A stretch of 62,867 nt of DNA, the filler included, from Atractiella rhizophila (lineage: Eukaryota): assembly GCA_021432655.1 (NCBI GenBank). It is 8 parts of 8 records of this genome, joined end to end, with 100 filler letters (N's around TTAATTAATTAA, not from the genome) between each part and the next. Parts side by side here need not be neighbours in the genome. Positions count along the whole stretch, not along the records: positions 33,387 to 42,338 come from MU272131.1; positions 42,439 to 51,379 come from MU272132.1; 6 more parts are not named here. One strand, 5' to 3'. The number at the start of each line of letters is the position of its first letter. Within the stretch, counting starts at the first letter, position 1. Positions 35,774 through 48,417 of the stretch are shown here, piece after piece. The notes under the pieces were generated by a model that saw nothing but the letters and a program-made list of their open reading frames with translations, searched no databases and was not told the origin of the DNA. The position numbers and the translations under genes are program-made.

Positions 35774-36952
35774 CTACAGACTCTTCTCGACGATTTCCCT
35801 CAAGAATTTGTGCCTTTCTAAAGCCACCTCGAAATTGGCCAATCTCGTTCCTCCAGATGCGTACTCTTCATATTCAGCCGCAATATGTGCTTGCGTGCCC
35901 TGGAAACCGAAGATTTCCAGGTCGACGGGCACCTCAACAGCTTGGCGCTCCTTGATGACCCTTATCTTTGCATCACCCGCGTTCCCTAGGATGGCATCAC
36001 TCTCAGACGTGATTTCGATCTCTCCATCTTCTCCTTGAATCCTCCAAACCAATGCGGGGGTTCCAGGCGCAATGTCGGCACCAAGAAATGCGACGGATGC
36101 TACGACTCCGCTCTTTAGAATGCCTTGGATGAAGACGTGATCTATGGCGGTTTTGGGAGCCGTATCCCCAGTGTCTGCATGACGGAAGAATGACCGCCGA
36201 TTCTTCGCGACGCTTGTGTACTTGTCCCATTCGCCTAGAACGAAACAGAACGTGTCGATCACTGTCCAATACCATCAATACTTATTGAAAGGAAGACGAA
36301 GACGCACTGTGGCCGGTATGGACTCTGCGAAAGTTGGCACCTGAGTCTTCTTCCATGATATGATAATAAATCTTGGGCATCGCTGCAGTCGGACCGTGTA
36401 GCTGCGAAATACAAGGAAATGAGCTCTAATTCCTCGATGCCAAAACACAGTGTTCACCGGAACAACGCCGTTCAGAGTCGTGCTCAGAATCTTTCCCACC
36501 TCTCCATTCTCCACAAGCTGCTTCGCCTTGCCGACCACCGGATTGAATCGTCCTTGCAATCCCATAAAGGCAGAAGTAGCGATCCCACTCGATCTCGCTA
36601 CAGCCACCAATGCCTCCGCCTCCTCCAACGTCTTCCCGAGAGGCCATTCGACGAAGGCTTTCTTGCCATTCTTTAAAGATGGAAGAACGAGCTCATAATG
36701 TTGTGCTACGTTGACAGAAATCACGACGAGATCAATGTCGGGATCGTCTGCGAGTTCTTGAGGGGAAGAATAAATTTTGGCGTCCGTCGGGAGAGAGAAA
36801 GCCTCAATCGCTGCCTTGGCTGATTCCGGAGTACTGTTGAGGAGGCCTCGGATGGCATATTTTGTCGATTTTTGGAGGTATGGGAGATGCGCTTGACTTC
36901 CCCAACCACCACCAGCCGATAGACCTACAAAACCAACGCGAATCAAAGACAT
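35774..36952 (-). CDS. Gfo/Idh/MocA (Gal80-like) NAD(P)-dependent oxidoreductase, copy 1
   Basis: IRVGFVGLSAGGGWGSQAHLPYL; DPDIDLVVISVNV; FVEWPLG; GLQGRFNP. Confidence 0.9.
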
Positions 36953-37506
36953 CTTTCGACTTGAACTTTCTGCCTTTGTATGAGGACATCATTTTAAACA
37001 ATCCAAGACTGCTCCCCGCCCCTCTTTTCTTTGTGGGTCGTACAAACGCTGCCACACTTAGGGATAGTAGCTCTTGGTGGCTCTATCTTCGGCCTGTGGC
37101 AGGTGTCAAAACCCACAGAGAATCGTCAGAATCACTTGCTTTCCATTTATTTCATGCGTGCTTATCAGGCTCACGGACTCCGCCCCGATGTGGTGTTAGT
37201 ATCTGTACCATTTCTCTTCTCGCCTAATTCATAGACATCTTTACTGCGAAAAAGCTGAGAAACCGCTGTAGACACTGGGCTCACCTACATTTGCGCTCAT
37301 CCTACGCTTTCAATTCTGGGTGAAAGGTTGAATCCTGCGGTCAATCAACGCAGTTTGGGTGGAACCGAGAATGTTGGCTTCACGATAGTTCGTCAAGTTT
37401 GAATGAGGCAGGCTTGTGCTGATTGAAATAAGTCGACTTTATTCGTATTGAGACAATCAGGATCACAGAATGTCGTACATTTAATTTACTAGCCAAGCTT
37501 TACAAA

Positions 37507-38694
37507 TTACAAACTCCTTTCAACGATCTCAGTCAAAAATTTGTGCCTTTCTAAAGCGACTTCGAAACTAGCCAAGTTCGTTCCTCCACTTGCATACTCT
37601 TCGTATTCGGCTGCAACGTGTGCCTGGGTACCCTTAAAGCCCAACATGTCTCGCTCCACAGGTACTTCAACAGCCTGGCGCTCCTTGATGACCCTTATCT
37701 TTGCATCAGCCACGTTCCCAAGGATTACGTCACTCTCAGATGTGATTTCGATCTCTCCATCTTCTCCTTGAATCCTCCAAACCAATGCGGGGGTTCCAGG
37801 CGCAATGTCGGCACCAAGAAATGCGACGGATGCTACGACTCCGCTCTTTAGAATGCCTTGGATGAAGACGTGATCTATGGCGGTTTTGGGAGCCGTATCC
37901 CCAGTTTCTGCACGGCGGAAGAATGGACGAAGACTCCTTACGACGCTGGTATGTTTCTCCCATTCGCCCAGAACAAAGCAGAAAGTATCAATCACTGTCC
38001 AAAATCATCAGTCAAATGGCTCCATTCATTTTTTGTGAACGCAATGGAGACTGACTGTGGCCATTATAGACTGTGCGAAAGTTGCCACCTGATTCTTCCT
38101 GCATAGAGTACCAATATCCCTTTGAAATCCTTTCGGTAGGCCCGTATTGCTATGAAATACAAAGGTATGAGACACATTCCTCAACAGCATAGCGCTCACC
38201 AGAGAAACAGCATTCAGGGTCGTGCTCAAAATCTTCCCAACCTCTCCTTCCCCATCAAGCTGCTTCACCTTACGCACCACTGGGTTGAACCGTCCCTGCA
38301 GTCCCACGAACGATGAAGCAGCGATCCCACTTGATCTCGCCGCTTGCACCAGTTCCTCCGCCTCCTCCAACGTCTTCCCGAGAGGCCATTCGACGAATGC
38401 TTTCTTACCGTTCTTCAAAGAGGGAAGGACGAGCTCATAATGTTGTGCTACGTTGACAGAAATTACGACGAGGTCGATATCTGCATCGTCTGCCAGCTCT
38501 TGAGGGGAAGAGTAAATCTTTGTCTCCTTTGGAAGAGAAAAAGCTTCAATGGCGGCTTTGGCTGACTGAGGAGAGCTGTTGAGGAGCCCGCCGATGGTGT
38601 ATTTCTTCGATTTTTGAAGATATGGGAAGTGCGCTCTACTTCCCCAACCTCCACTGGCCGATAGACCTACAAACGCAAGGCGCGTTACTGTCAT
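37507..38694 (-). CDS. Gfo/Idh/MocA (Gal80-like) oxidoreductase, copy 2
   Basis: Same motifs and exon layout as copy 1. Confidence 0.9.
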
Positions 38695-39076
38695 CTTTCC
38701 ACCTTCAGTTTGCAGTTCGTGTCAAGGACGGTCTTTTTAAGAATGCGAGTCTGCCATATTTTTCTTCGCTGATCATGATCTTCCAACGTCGGCAATAGCA
38801 ATTAGTAGCGTTAGTCCGCTTAGACTCAGTAGTATTTGCGACAACAGAAAAGCCACGGAATCGTTTTCTTGCGGTATTTCACGCGAGCATTTCCCTTTCC
38901 TGGCGTGGATTGCGAGCTTCGGCGAAAGGTTCAATCTTCCTGTTCACGCCTGTCAGCACATGTCAACCAAAGGATGCCAGCACCACTTGGAATTGAAAGC
39001 TCAAATAGAGCAATCCGATCACCCGACGTCACAGTCAGCGTCAGCCTGCGTGCAGAACGAGAGAAGATGCTCGGAA

Positions 39077-39143
39077 AGGATATTTTGCCTAGGGTATGCC
39101 CGAGGACCAAAGGATATTTGCCTAGGGTATGCCCAAGGACCAA
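39077..39143. repeat. Two-copy tandem repeat of about 34 bp
   Basis: AAGGATATTT(T)GCCTAGGGTATGCCCRAGGACCAA twice. Confidence 0.8.
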
Positions 39144-40394
39144 TGGCTGGTAAGCGCGATGTTGTGAAGTGGAGGCTCTGAAGTGTTTTGACGGTTTAGG
39201 TTGGCCATAAAGAACGGGTGAGGACAAGGGAGATTTGAGATGACGAAGGTATCGGCGTTTAATTTCTCACGAGTCCTCCCACGGCGGTTCCCAAAGCTGA
39301 ACACCTCTCAGCATCATTTCTTCTCATCTCAAAACGGTGGGCGAAGACGCACCTCCTGCTCCCACCTCCCCCACGGATACTGCACTACCAACTTCGGGGG
39401 CCATTCTTTCCACTCAATCCTCCCTTTTCCTTCCAGATGCCCCTGCAACTCCCACTCCGAATCGAGGTAGAATGGCTGTCCATCCGTCCTCACGCGCTCA
39501 TAGGCCCCCATCTCATACGCCACTCTCACGCGTGGGGTAACACCTATCCTCCCCCTCCCACTCTTCCAAAGGTCCATGCTGAAGAGTGTGCATTCGGACA
39601 ATCTGTCCCCTGAAGAATCGGCGCGGAAACGGATGCAAGTACCGTCCCCTTTGTTTCGCTCCTTGGTGGAGAGAGATGTCGGGGTGGAGGATGGGAATAA
39701 AATGTCGGCAGAGAAAGCGACGACACCGTTCCAGCAGCTGAAGACTTGAAATGGTTCCAGCACGACGTAGGAAGAGTGAGCATCAGGGTTCTGTTGTTCC
39801 AGTGGCTGAACATTTGAAGGTAGATGAGAGCGCGCAATAGACCCTGGTCTTTCCCAGATGGAGAGAGAGAACCACAGGTCGAGTTGAGAAAGGAGAAGGT
39901 TACTGGCTTGCCACCTTCTTTCCGAATGACGACGAGCGCTTCTATTACCTCGCTTAGCCTCACCCCATAAGGTAGCAGGATAGGAGAAGGAGGTTGGAGT
40001 GGCAACGAAGGCTGCGGGGATTGGTGGCATAGCTTAGTGAGCGTCGCTAAGCATTGCGTTAGGAGAGGGGAGATAAAAGAGAGGGTTGAAGAAGAGTCAC
40101 CTTTCTTCGGCTGCACGAAAAGGAGTTACTGTAGAAGGTAACAGGTGTGCTAGAGGAGCTTGAAAACATAGTCTTCTTCTACCTCTTTCGACTGTACTAC
40201 ACACCTTACCTAATACGCGGCGAACTTTAACTGCGAAAACGTGGACTAATGGGCTAAGATAAGATACTGTACACCCATCGCTCCCTATACGAACCTAACA
40301 TTCAAAGAGAGCCATAGTTGTTTGTGCAAGTAAGACTTACCAACCTAGCTCGTCTGGAAAAATAGCGTAGTTTCTTCCTCCTGTAACCCTAGAG

Positions 40395-41190
40395 NNNNNN
40401 NNNNNNNNNNNNNNNNNNNNNNNNNNNNNNNNNNNNNNNNNNNNNNNNNNNNNNNNNNNNNNNNNNNNNNNNNNNNNNNNNNNNNNNNNNNNNNNNNNNN
40501 NNNNNNNNNNNNNNNNNNNNNNNNNNNNNNNNNNNNNNNNNNNNNNNNNNNNNNNNNNNNNNNNNNNNNNNNNNNNNNNNNNNNNNNNNNNNNNNNNNNN
40601 NNNNNNNNNNNNNNNNNNNNNNNNNNNNNNNNNNNNNNNNNNNNNNNNNNNNNNNNNNNNNNNNNNNNNNNNNNNNNNNNNNNNNNNNNNNNNNNNNNNN
40701 NNNNNNNNNNNNNNNNNNNNNNNNNNNNNNNNNNNNNNNNNNNNNNNNNNNNNNNNNNNNNNNNNNNNNNNNNNNNNNNNNNNNNNNNNNNNNNNNNNNN
40801 NNNNNNNNNNNNNNNNNNNNNNNNNNNNNNNNNNNNNNNNNNNNNNNNNNNNNNNNNNNNNNNNNNNNNNNNNNNNNNNNNNNNNNNNNNNNNNNNNNNN
40901 NNNNNNNNNNNNNNNNNNNNNNNNNNNNNNNNNNNNNNNNNNNNNNNNNNNNNNNNNNNNNNNNNNNNNNNNNNNNNNNNNNNNNNNNNNNNNNNNNNNN
41001 NNNNNNNNNNNNNNNNNNNNNNNNNNNNNNNNNNNNNNNNNNNNNNNNNNNNNNNNNNNNNNNNNNNNNNNNNNNNNNNNNNNNNNNNNNNNNNNNNNNN
41101 NNNNNNNNNNNNNNNNNNNNNNNNNNNNNNNNNNNNNNNNNNNNNNNNNNNNNNNNNNNNNNNNNNNNNNNNNNNNNNNNNNNNNNNNNN
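40395..41190. other. Intra-scaffold assembly gap (796 N)
   Basis: N run without the TTAA linker core. Confidence 0.98.
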
Positions 41191-41474
41191 GTAAATATGC
41201 GCCTGCTCCGTCATCAGGCCGAAATGAGTAGCCGAGACTTTGCTATTGCCTCTGGCTTTGCTGAATGGTTGTTGTCAGTTGGTAATGGCAGAACAGATAA
41301 CCCAGAAGACTGTGGCCGTAGTCCATTAACTATGAACGACCAAACAATAGTCCAGCGACCCTGTGGTCTGGACGGTCTCCTGACTGACATATACCCTAGA
41401 CTGAGCACCATAACACAAGATGTCAACCCAGTCGTGTTGAGGCATACTTTCAAGAGCTTGTGGTCCTTATGGCC
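41191..41474 (+). mobile_element. Helitron-type PIF1 helicase fragment
   Basis: NMRL..FAEWLLSVGNG..LLTDIYPRL follows the NMRL..FxxWLLxIGxG..LxxxIYP pattern of Helitron helicases. Confidence 0.7.
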
Positions 41475-42338
41475 TAGGGAATGTATACGGATTTCGAAAT
41501 CCGTCAAACCCTCAACCCTCCCCACCCCCTACCCGTAGGGGGTCACCCTTAGGTGGCAAGGGTTCACCCTTCATGGGCACGGGGTGGGGTAGGGGAAGCT
41601 CCTCAAAGGTCAGGAACCCGTGGGTTTCCCCTTGTTTACCCGTGCACCCAAAGGCTGTTCTGACCACCTCCAACGGTTTCGGAACTGGGAACTAGGAAAA
41701 GAAACAAAATGCACAGGGATGGATTGAAGAGGTGGCGCGAGCTTGCAATAGCTGGCCATGCAATGTGAACCAATATCTTCTAAATATTCTTCACGGCGCA
41801 AATACGGTGAGCGCGTAAGGACCTGTTCAAAACTACGTGTCTGGAACAAAGTTCCTTGAAGGCCAAAGAGCTTTGCGAAATCTATGCGAAAAGCAATTGC
41901 AAGAGTGCTAGTAGTCTCACTGGAATGTCAGTAACTCCAATGAGTGGCTTGCAAAGAGTTACGGACGAGCATGAAAGCTCATCTGAAGCTGGCATATAAA
42001 AGAGAGGAGCCTGGCCACACTTCAAAGATTCTTTAGGCATTAAGATGTCACTGGAAAATTTGAGAGAGCCTCGAAGGCGAGACATCACTCCTACTTTGCA
42101 GCCTGTTGCCCTCGACGCGTTCGAGGATGAAGGTGGCTCGCCTCGTCGATCTCCTCGAAAGCATGCTCGAAAGCTTGATAGTGGAAAAAGTCAAAGCAAT
42201 GATGAGAATTTCAAGTCTTGGACGGATGACGAGATCATTGGTGAGCCCTGGCATGCTTTTGTATCATTTTTTGATCGTTCCCACAACTAGATTTTGATCT
42301 CCAACGCTGGGGCAAATCCATTACGAAGAAGAATTCGA
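41475..42338 (+). mobile_element. Possible hAT-like DNA transposon left end and start of an ORF
   Basis: Abrupt TAGGGAATG start, 18-bp palindrome at 41487-41504, and an ACCC/GGGT-rich subterminal tract. A spliced ORF begins at 42045. No transposase motif is visible. Confidence 0.35.
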
Positions 42339-42438
42339 NNNNNNNNNNNNNNNNNNNNNNNNNNNNNNNNNNNNNNNNNNNNTTAATTAATTAANNNNNN
42401 NNNNNNNNNNNNNNNNNNNNNNNNNNNNNNNNNNNNNN

Positions 42439-42867
42439 GCGACAGAGTTGGCGCACCATCATGGTCCACGACTTTCCGGCTCCCGTTTGACCATAAGCAA
42501 ATACCGTTCCGTTGTATCCATTCATAACATCTAGCTACCTGTTGGCACCCATAGCTGTAACTGGAGACAGAACAGAAGGCGCACCATCAACAATTCCCCT
42601 AACCCCATACTCGAAGACCTCTTCTTGCTGCGTCTCCATGGGAAACACCCTGTCAAAAGCAAAGCCGGCAGCATCGGGGCCTTTCATTGTCTCTTGGCTT
42701 TTCAACTTGACGGTGGTGCGGTCATCGTCGATTTGAACGATGATATCGGAGTTGAGAGACTTCTCAGTGGCGTTTGGTGGTCGAAAACTGGCCAATTCTT
42801 TGGTGATCAATTACAATGACCATGAAACGACTAACCGACAAACGACCTTGATGTTGTTGCCAGACAT
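42439..42867 (-). CDS. KIN1: Kinesin-1 heavy chain, N-terminal motor exons (truncated)
   Basis: [52 protein letters not shown] (P-loop). Confidence 0.93.
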
Positions 42868-43329
42868 TGTGGTATTATGTGCTGTAAGAGCTATCGTGAA
42901 ACAGGCAGTGTCGTGGAGTGTAGAAACGTACCTGAGAACCGCAACGAAAGGTATCAGGAGGAAAGGTACGAGACGGGCTAGGGAAGTATCCTAGGAGGGT
43001 CTAGTGAGATATCGCGTTGAACGGGGCGGAGGGTCGTGAATCTCGTTGCTACTTTCTTGCTGTCGCCGCGTGAGATAGTAAGCCCCTCAAAGGGTCAGGA
43101 GCGAACGTGTCCCATTTTTGAAGAGATTGGTTTCATCAAATTATTGTTGTGGTTGTTGGTTGTTCATCAATATTCATCGCTGCTGCAAAACGACCAGCAG
43201 TTTGACCGTCATATCACTCGAATACTCCTCGCCAAAGATTTATCTGAAACCTTTTCTTTCATCCTTTGTCATCGTGTCACCAGACTTTGTCTTGCTGTTT
43301 CAAGTTCTCGCCCTCTTGGTTCAGACCTC

Positions 43330-43890
43330 GAGTTACGATTTTCTCAAGCCCAGGAGGAATAATATCCTTGCGAGTTGTTTATTTTCGATAACTCTTGGCG
43401 AAAGTTTCCCTTTCCGAGTATTCCTCTGCAACCAATCAGAACGGCGGGACCTTTGTGTCCAATTTGTTCGGCACTATTCTAAAGTGGCCCATTTGATATG
43501 TGCTTCCCTAGGATTTGGGCAAAGCTTCGAGGTTTTGAAGAGCTCCCTGGTGGGTGGAAGATGGAGTGATGGGTTGGTTGCTGGAGGGATACATTGGGCT
43601 TACCATGCTGATGATGCCCGCGTCCGCGCTGGTTCATACGGTTGAAAGGAAGCAGGGCGAACAGCATCAGCGAAATTACGTTCACGGTGATGTTCGGGAG
43701 ACGAACATCCTGCTGCACGGACGAAAATCAAGTTATTCTATGGACTTCGACTGGGCAGGGAAGATTGGGGAAGCGTGATATCCAATGAATCTGAATAAGG
43801 TCAAGGGTTGTGGCGACCTCACGATGCGGTAGATGGTGAACTGATTCTGGCCGATCACGATATGGCCGTGTTGGATTGTATCCTACGTGA
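43330..43890 (+). pseudogene. Degenerate fungal-expanded protein-kinase-like gene
   Basis: CVQFVRHYSKVAH..GFEELPGGW..YVHGDVRETNIL..DFDWAGKIGEA*YPMNLN, split across frames with an in-frame TGA. Confidence 0.7.
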
Positions 43891-45509
43891 CCGTGTCCTC
43901 AGATTGGTGGGTAGGGTGATTTAGCGTTTGCGAACCTCCTGTTACATTTACGATTTCTTTTCCTTCCAATCCAATCACTTCATTGCTCATTAGAAAGCAA
44001 CCAGCACTAATCCAGTTTGTTTTCGAAAGTAGTCATGGTTTGTACCACGGAGGACAACATGAAAGCGATTGGACTTTCGGCCCTGGAATGGCGGAGCATG
44101 TAACTCGGCTCTTCGTTTCGATTTATAACGTAAATTTCGTTCTTATAACGTCGTGCTTGCAGTTCTGACGTTCGTATAATGTCTCTAATGCAAATAAACT
44201 TAGGTGACAGCCAAAGTCAGCTCTCACGCCAGTTTGGCCAAGCCTGTCTCCTAAGTATCCGAGTTCAACTTGAATAACCAAAAGCCCAGAAAACAAAGTT
44301 CTGGTCCGAGTCCAACGCACGTGTAAGCAACTGAGTCGCGAGGCGATCAATCGACCAACCGCTCTCCCAAGCTCACTCAGAGCTCTCCTTAGGATTTGAG
44401 CGGTGCACTATCCATGACCAACATCGTCTATTTCGCAATGACTACCCGATATGGATATCCGACAGTTACTAATAAGATGCGAGGAATGAAGGGAGACAGG
44501 CTTAAATAGGATGGCAACATTCCCAACAGCCAGCCTTCCACTCTTTTGGGAGGGTCTGTGAGATAAAGTGTTCATGGAATTTCGACTAAATCATGGAGCA
44601 ATAAAATCGTAAGTCATCAGATAAGTCGGAAAGCTAAGCATAACCATAAAGAGGGATGCCTCGATATTGGAGAGAGGACTTAATAAATTCATCCTTGTAC
44701 CCTTCACTTTCGGGAATTTTGGGCAATGCATGTTCAGGATGTGGGACAAACAGTCGTAACCCTAGAATCACCATCATTGCTCTCCTCTACAAGCTCCTTG
44801 CAGCTTCAGATAAAGCAGATATTCGGCTGTTAAGCGACTGGATTTTGGTTAAAGTTGGAAGTGCGATTTGTTCGTTCGCAGGATCTACAAAATTGGTGAC
44901 AGTCCTTGTGGGTATCAAATCTGTAAACTAGTCTCATCGACGGTTGAGGTTGACTGAGGCTAAACGTTGACATTGTTGTAGCCACATAAATTGTGAAAAG
45001 TTCTGAGGAGGAGTGGAAGAAATGATTTCACTTGGGCCTGTTCAAATTACGATGCTTCCGTTTTCAAGTTCACCAGAGTTACTTCATGGACCCTTTCCCG
45101 TCCTTAGGAGAGCAGTTCGTCACTGCGTCAGAACCGGAAAATATGTAGTGCCCATCCTTGATTTTTGCTAGTCTTTGGTCTTGTGATTCATAATTCACTT
45201 GCCCTCAGCTTCATCCTCTCATTGATCTCGTCTTCTATGCATTCGTACGTACAGATGCTTTGGGTCAGATTCGGCCTGGATTGGTCCTCCTGAAACATCA
45301 CCGTAAAACTTGGGGAGGCGTCTCTGATGTCTTATCCTTTCGCTACTATCAATCTGCACGTTTCTAGTACATAATTACATGTTTCTTGCCTTCTCCCAGC
45401 ATCTAGAGTGCAGTCATCTGACTTATATTTTTAGTGTTGTTTCGCTCTCAACGCAGTGCTAGTCTAATTATCATCGATACCATCTATCATTCGATACTTT
45501 GTCAAGACG

Positions 45510-46664
45510 ATGGATACCTCTACCAACGATCGAGATCATGAAGCTCCCCAAAAGCGTCCCAAGAGAAAGGCAGACGATACAGGGTTCACGCCAAACAAGC
45601 GAGTCCTCGACTTTAAGCAAACGATGGATGTGGACGACGTCAACCCATTCTGCGCTAAATCGCAGGAGGTTCCCACTCCATCAGCTTATCCATCCACTGT
45701 CTCCTCCTCCGCTCAAACTGTCAAAACCTTCAAAGTCCCAGAGAATGTCAAGAATACGAACGAACAAGGAGTCCGAATCCTTGCCATCGACAACGGTGGC
45801 ATCTGTACCTTCTCCACCCTTTACATGCTCGAAGTAGTCATGCTCCAAGTTGGAGACCTCCTCAAAGTTCCGGAGGGAGAAGACATCCGGCCGTGCGATG
45901 TTTTCGATCTCATCTGTGGCACTTCCACGGGCGGGTGGATTGCTCTCATGCTCGGACGGCTGGGGATGACCGTTCGAGAATGCATCCGTGCATATGAGCA
46001 GATCGTACAGCAGGTCTTTTCCGAGGTAGCACCACTTTCGAATGAAGGCTACGTATACTCTGCAAAGAAGCTTGAAGCCGTCCTCCAGGAGATCATTACA
46101 CGGCATGCTCCATCGTCTATATCGTCCTCTCCACTTCCTATGAAGGATGCGGCAATTGGGGATAGATGTAGAACTTTTGTCGTGTCAAGGTACGAATCAA
46201 ACGGAGTTGTCTCAACACAGATGCGCACATACGATGGCCCCGATGCAGTTCATTCTGCGGTCCGATGTACGGTGTTGGGAGCAGCAAGAGCGACTTCCTC
46301 TGCACGTCAATTCTTTCCTCCTATTGTCATTGACAATACGAGATATGTCACCATCGGGGACAATAACCCAGCGGCAATAGCGATTGACGAGGCAAACCGC
46401 ATATGGGGACAAGGAAGCCAAGTCGCCTGTCTCGTCTCTCTTGGGTCGGGGATTGCTCCGGCTGTTAATTGGGGTCCTACTAAACACGAAATTGAAGTTG
46501 CTGTGAAGGCAATTGTCGAAGATTGTTCCCAGGTAGCAGATCAGTTGAAGATAGTCTTTGGGGGTTCACTCGTCTTTTCTTTCTTTGATATCGGTGCCTT
46601 TGTTCTCGCATGGTTCTTGCTCCTGCACAGGGGGAGGATGAAGTTGGAGTCCGTTGTTCATTAG
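45510..46664 (+). CDS. Patatin-like phospholipase domain, truncated copy (homology to the downstream gene ends at about 46552)
   Basis: ILAIDNGGI; RPCDVFDLICGTSTGGWIALMLGRLGM; ARATSSA; CLVSLGSG. 45714-46552 is near-identical to 49492-50330. Confidence 0.75.
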   Translation: MDTSTNDRDHEAPQKRPKRKADDTGFTPNKRVLDFKQTMDVDDVNPFCAKSQEVPTPSAYPSTVSSSAQTVKTFKVPENVKNTNEQGVRILAIDNGGICTFSTLYMLEVVMLQVGDLLKVPEGEDIRPCDVFDLICGTSTGGWIALMLGRLGMTVRECIRAYEQIVQQVFSEVAPLSNEGYVYSAKKLEAVLQEIITRHAPSSISSSPLPMKDAAIGDRCRTFVVSRYESNGVVSTQMRTYDGPDAVHSAVRCTVLGAARATSSARQFFPPIVIDNTRYVTIGDNNPAAIAIDEANRIWGQGSQVACLVSLGSGIAPAVNWGPTKHEIEVAVKAIVEDCSQVADQLKIVFGGSLVFSFFDIGAFVLAWFLLLHRGRMKLESVVH

Positions 46665-46729
46665 TGCTCAAGCTTTCAGTGTGTCTCAGTTCCGGATGCA
46701 ATGAAAGAGGCAGTGATCATTACCAGATC

Positions 46730-48417
46730 TTATCATCAAGAAGGTTGAGAGTGAGGTTGAAATGGTCGCTTGAGACTTGTTAAGGTGTTGTTCAAAAAAC
46801 TTGTCGTACTCGGATGATGATCGTGGGCAGGAACTGAGGTGTTTGATCTTGAGCTCCTTCTGACGCGCTCCTCAGCCGCTTTCAGCTCTCGCTTCATAGT
46901 GCTTTGACGGACAAGTAAAAGGCGATCTAAGCCAGGCAGTGGTGGTCGCAAGTCGTGCAACCGTCCGCGCTGTGGAGAGGATGGTGACTAAGGATATAGA
47001 AGTTGGTTTGTGACCTGTTGTGACGATAACGAATGACCAGACGTGTAGCTGACGGTGTCTGGCGTTCGTTGGAGACGTGCTCATGAGCGTCATCGATACA
47101 AACAGCGATGCGGAAGCACGGTGCACGTTGACAGGCATCAGACGAAGCTGCTTTCCAATGACTTCTTGAGTGAAATAAAGTGGCAAAAGTACTTTCACTC
47201 ACTGTGACAGCTCTATTGTGGTAGTTAGAGGCCAAAACAGAGGAAGCCCAGACAACGTTCATTCGATGGCCGAGTACGGTGCACGACCCTCGATCTACAT
47301 GATGGAGAACGATGAGGAGAAGCTCTTGTAGTTCAGTGATCCACAAACACCTGGGGAACAAAGCCCCCATAGCTCCAGAGAAAGACTTGCATACTTGAGG
47401 GCTGACGAACCAGGAGATACCCCGCCACTTGAGCTTCTTCTTGTGATAACGTAGTGGTGGAGCGAAGCGGCGGTCTGTAAATAGCTGGCCCTTCGCAGTA
47501 CTGGAGCGTAAAAGTACATGCGAATCTGCCTCATCTCTTCTTCAACGAACGATTCCAACTCCTCCTCCCTCTCCCTCACATCGAGTTCTCTCGCCGCAAG
47601 GGCCATATTCGACAGACTGGCAAACCGCGTCTGGCCTTCCTCACCCATGTTCTTTTCCTCTTCAGAAATCAAGGAGCGGATGCGAATCCACATCTCCTCC
47701 CGACCATTCACGACATCAACGAACCTAACCCCCTTCGTCTCCCGCGCTCCCATCTGTCTCTACTCCACACATACCTTCTTACTCCCCTCCACACCCATTC
47801 GTTCTCGATAACTAAACGTGTCGTACCCTGCCTCCTGTCAGCCTTCGCTTTGGGTGCTCTCGCATGGGTGATCCACACCAAGCCTTCCCTACACCCGAGC
47901 AACACTGCCCCTCCCCTTTTTCTCCCTGTAACGTGTTTCTCACCTTCCCCTCGAAGGCGGGCGGAGAGGCCTCGATCGATCCTCCGTACAGAAGCATGGC
48001 GGGAGCGAGCGATTTTCTTAAGGTCGCAGGTTGGGAATCGGACCTGCGAAGCCTGCCGGAGCGATCTCGATAAGATGATTGAAGTCTCGTTCGGATTGAT
48101 GGAGGATGGGCGGCTGCGCATAGGTATTGAGAAGGCTGAAAGAGGCGCGGAAAAGTATGGAGAGAGAGTGAGGAGGTGGAGACACAACGGTGGGCAGGGC
48201 TCCGTGGATGGTTTGGATGGTGTGCGGGGTGATGTAGTGCCAGCAGAGAGGATTTGGTCTCAGTCTCGAAGGTAGGTAGGGTAAACTCAGAAGTAGCCCA
48301 GACAGGCGCTGTGACTTCCGTCAGCACCTTTTCTTCATTAAGAATTTGTTTGAGGGTTTTCTCCGAAGGGACGAAAGAATGGGAATAAGACGCACCTTCT
48401 TGGACAGACTGCTGCAT
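46730..48417 (-). pseudogene. Possible frameshifted hypothetical gene
   Basis: Overlapping protein-like ORFs in different minus-strand frames (47812-48417, 47708-48187, 47295-47753) without clear intron joins. No family recognised. Confidence 0.25.

Noticed and set aside
39329..40116. Overlapping minus-strand ORFs of 233 and 190 aa next to the gap
   Set aside because: No recognisable domain or consistent exon structure; possibly decayed repeat sequence.
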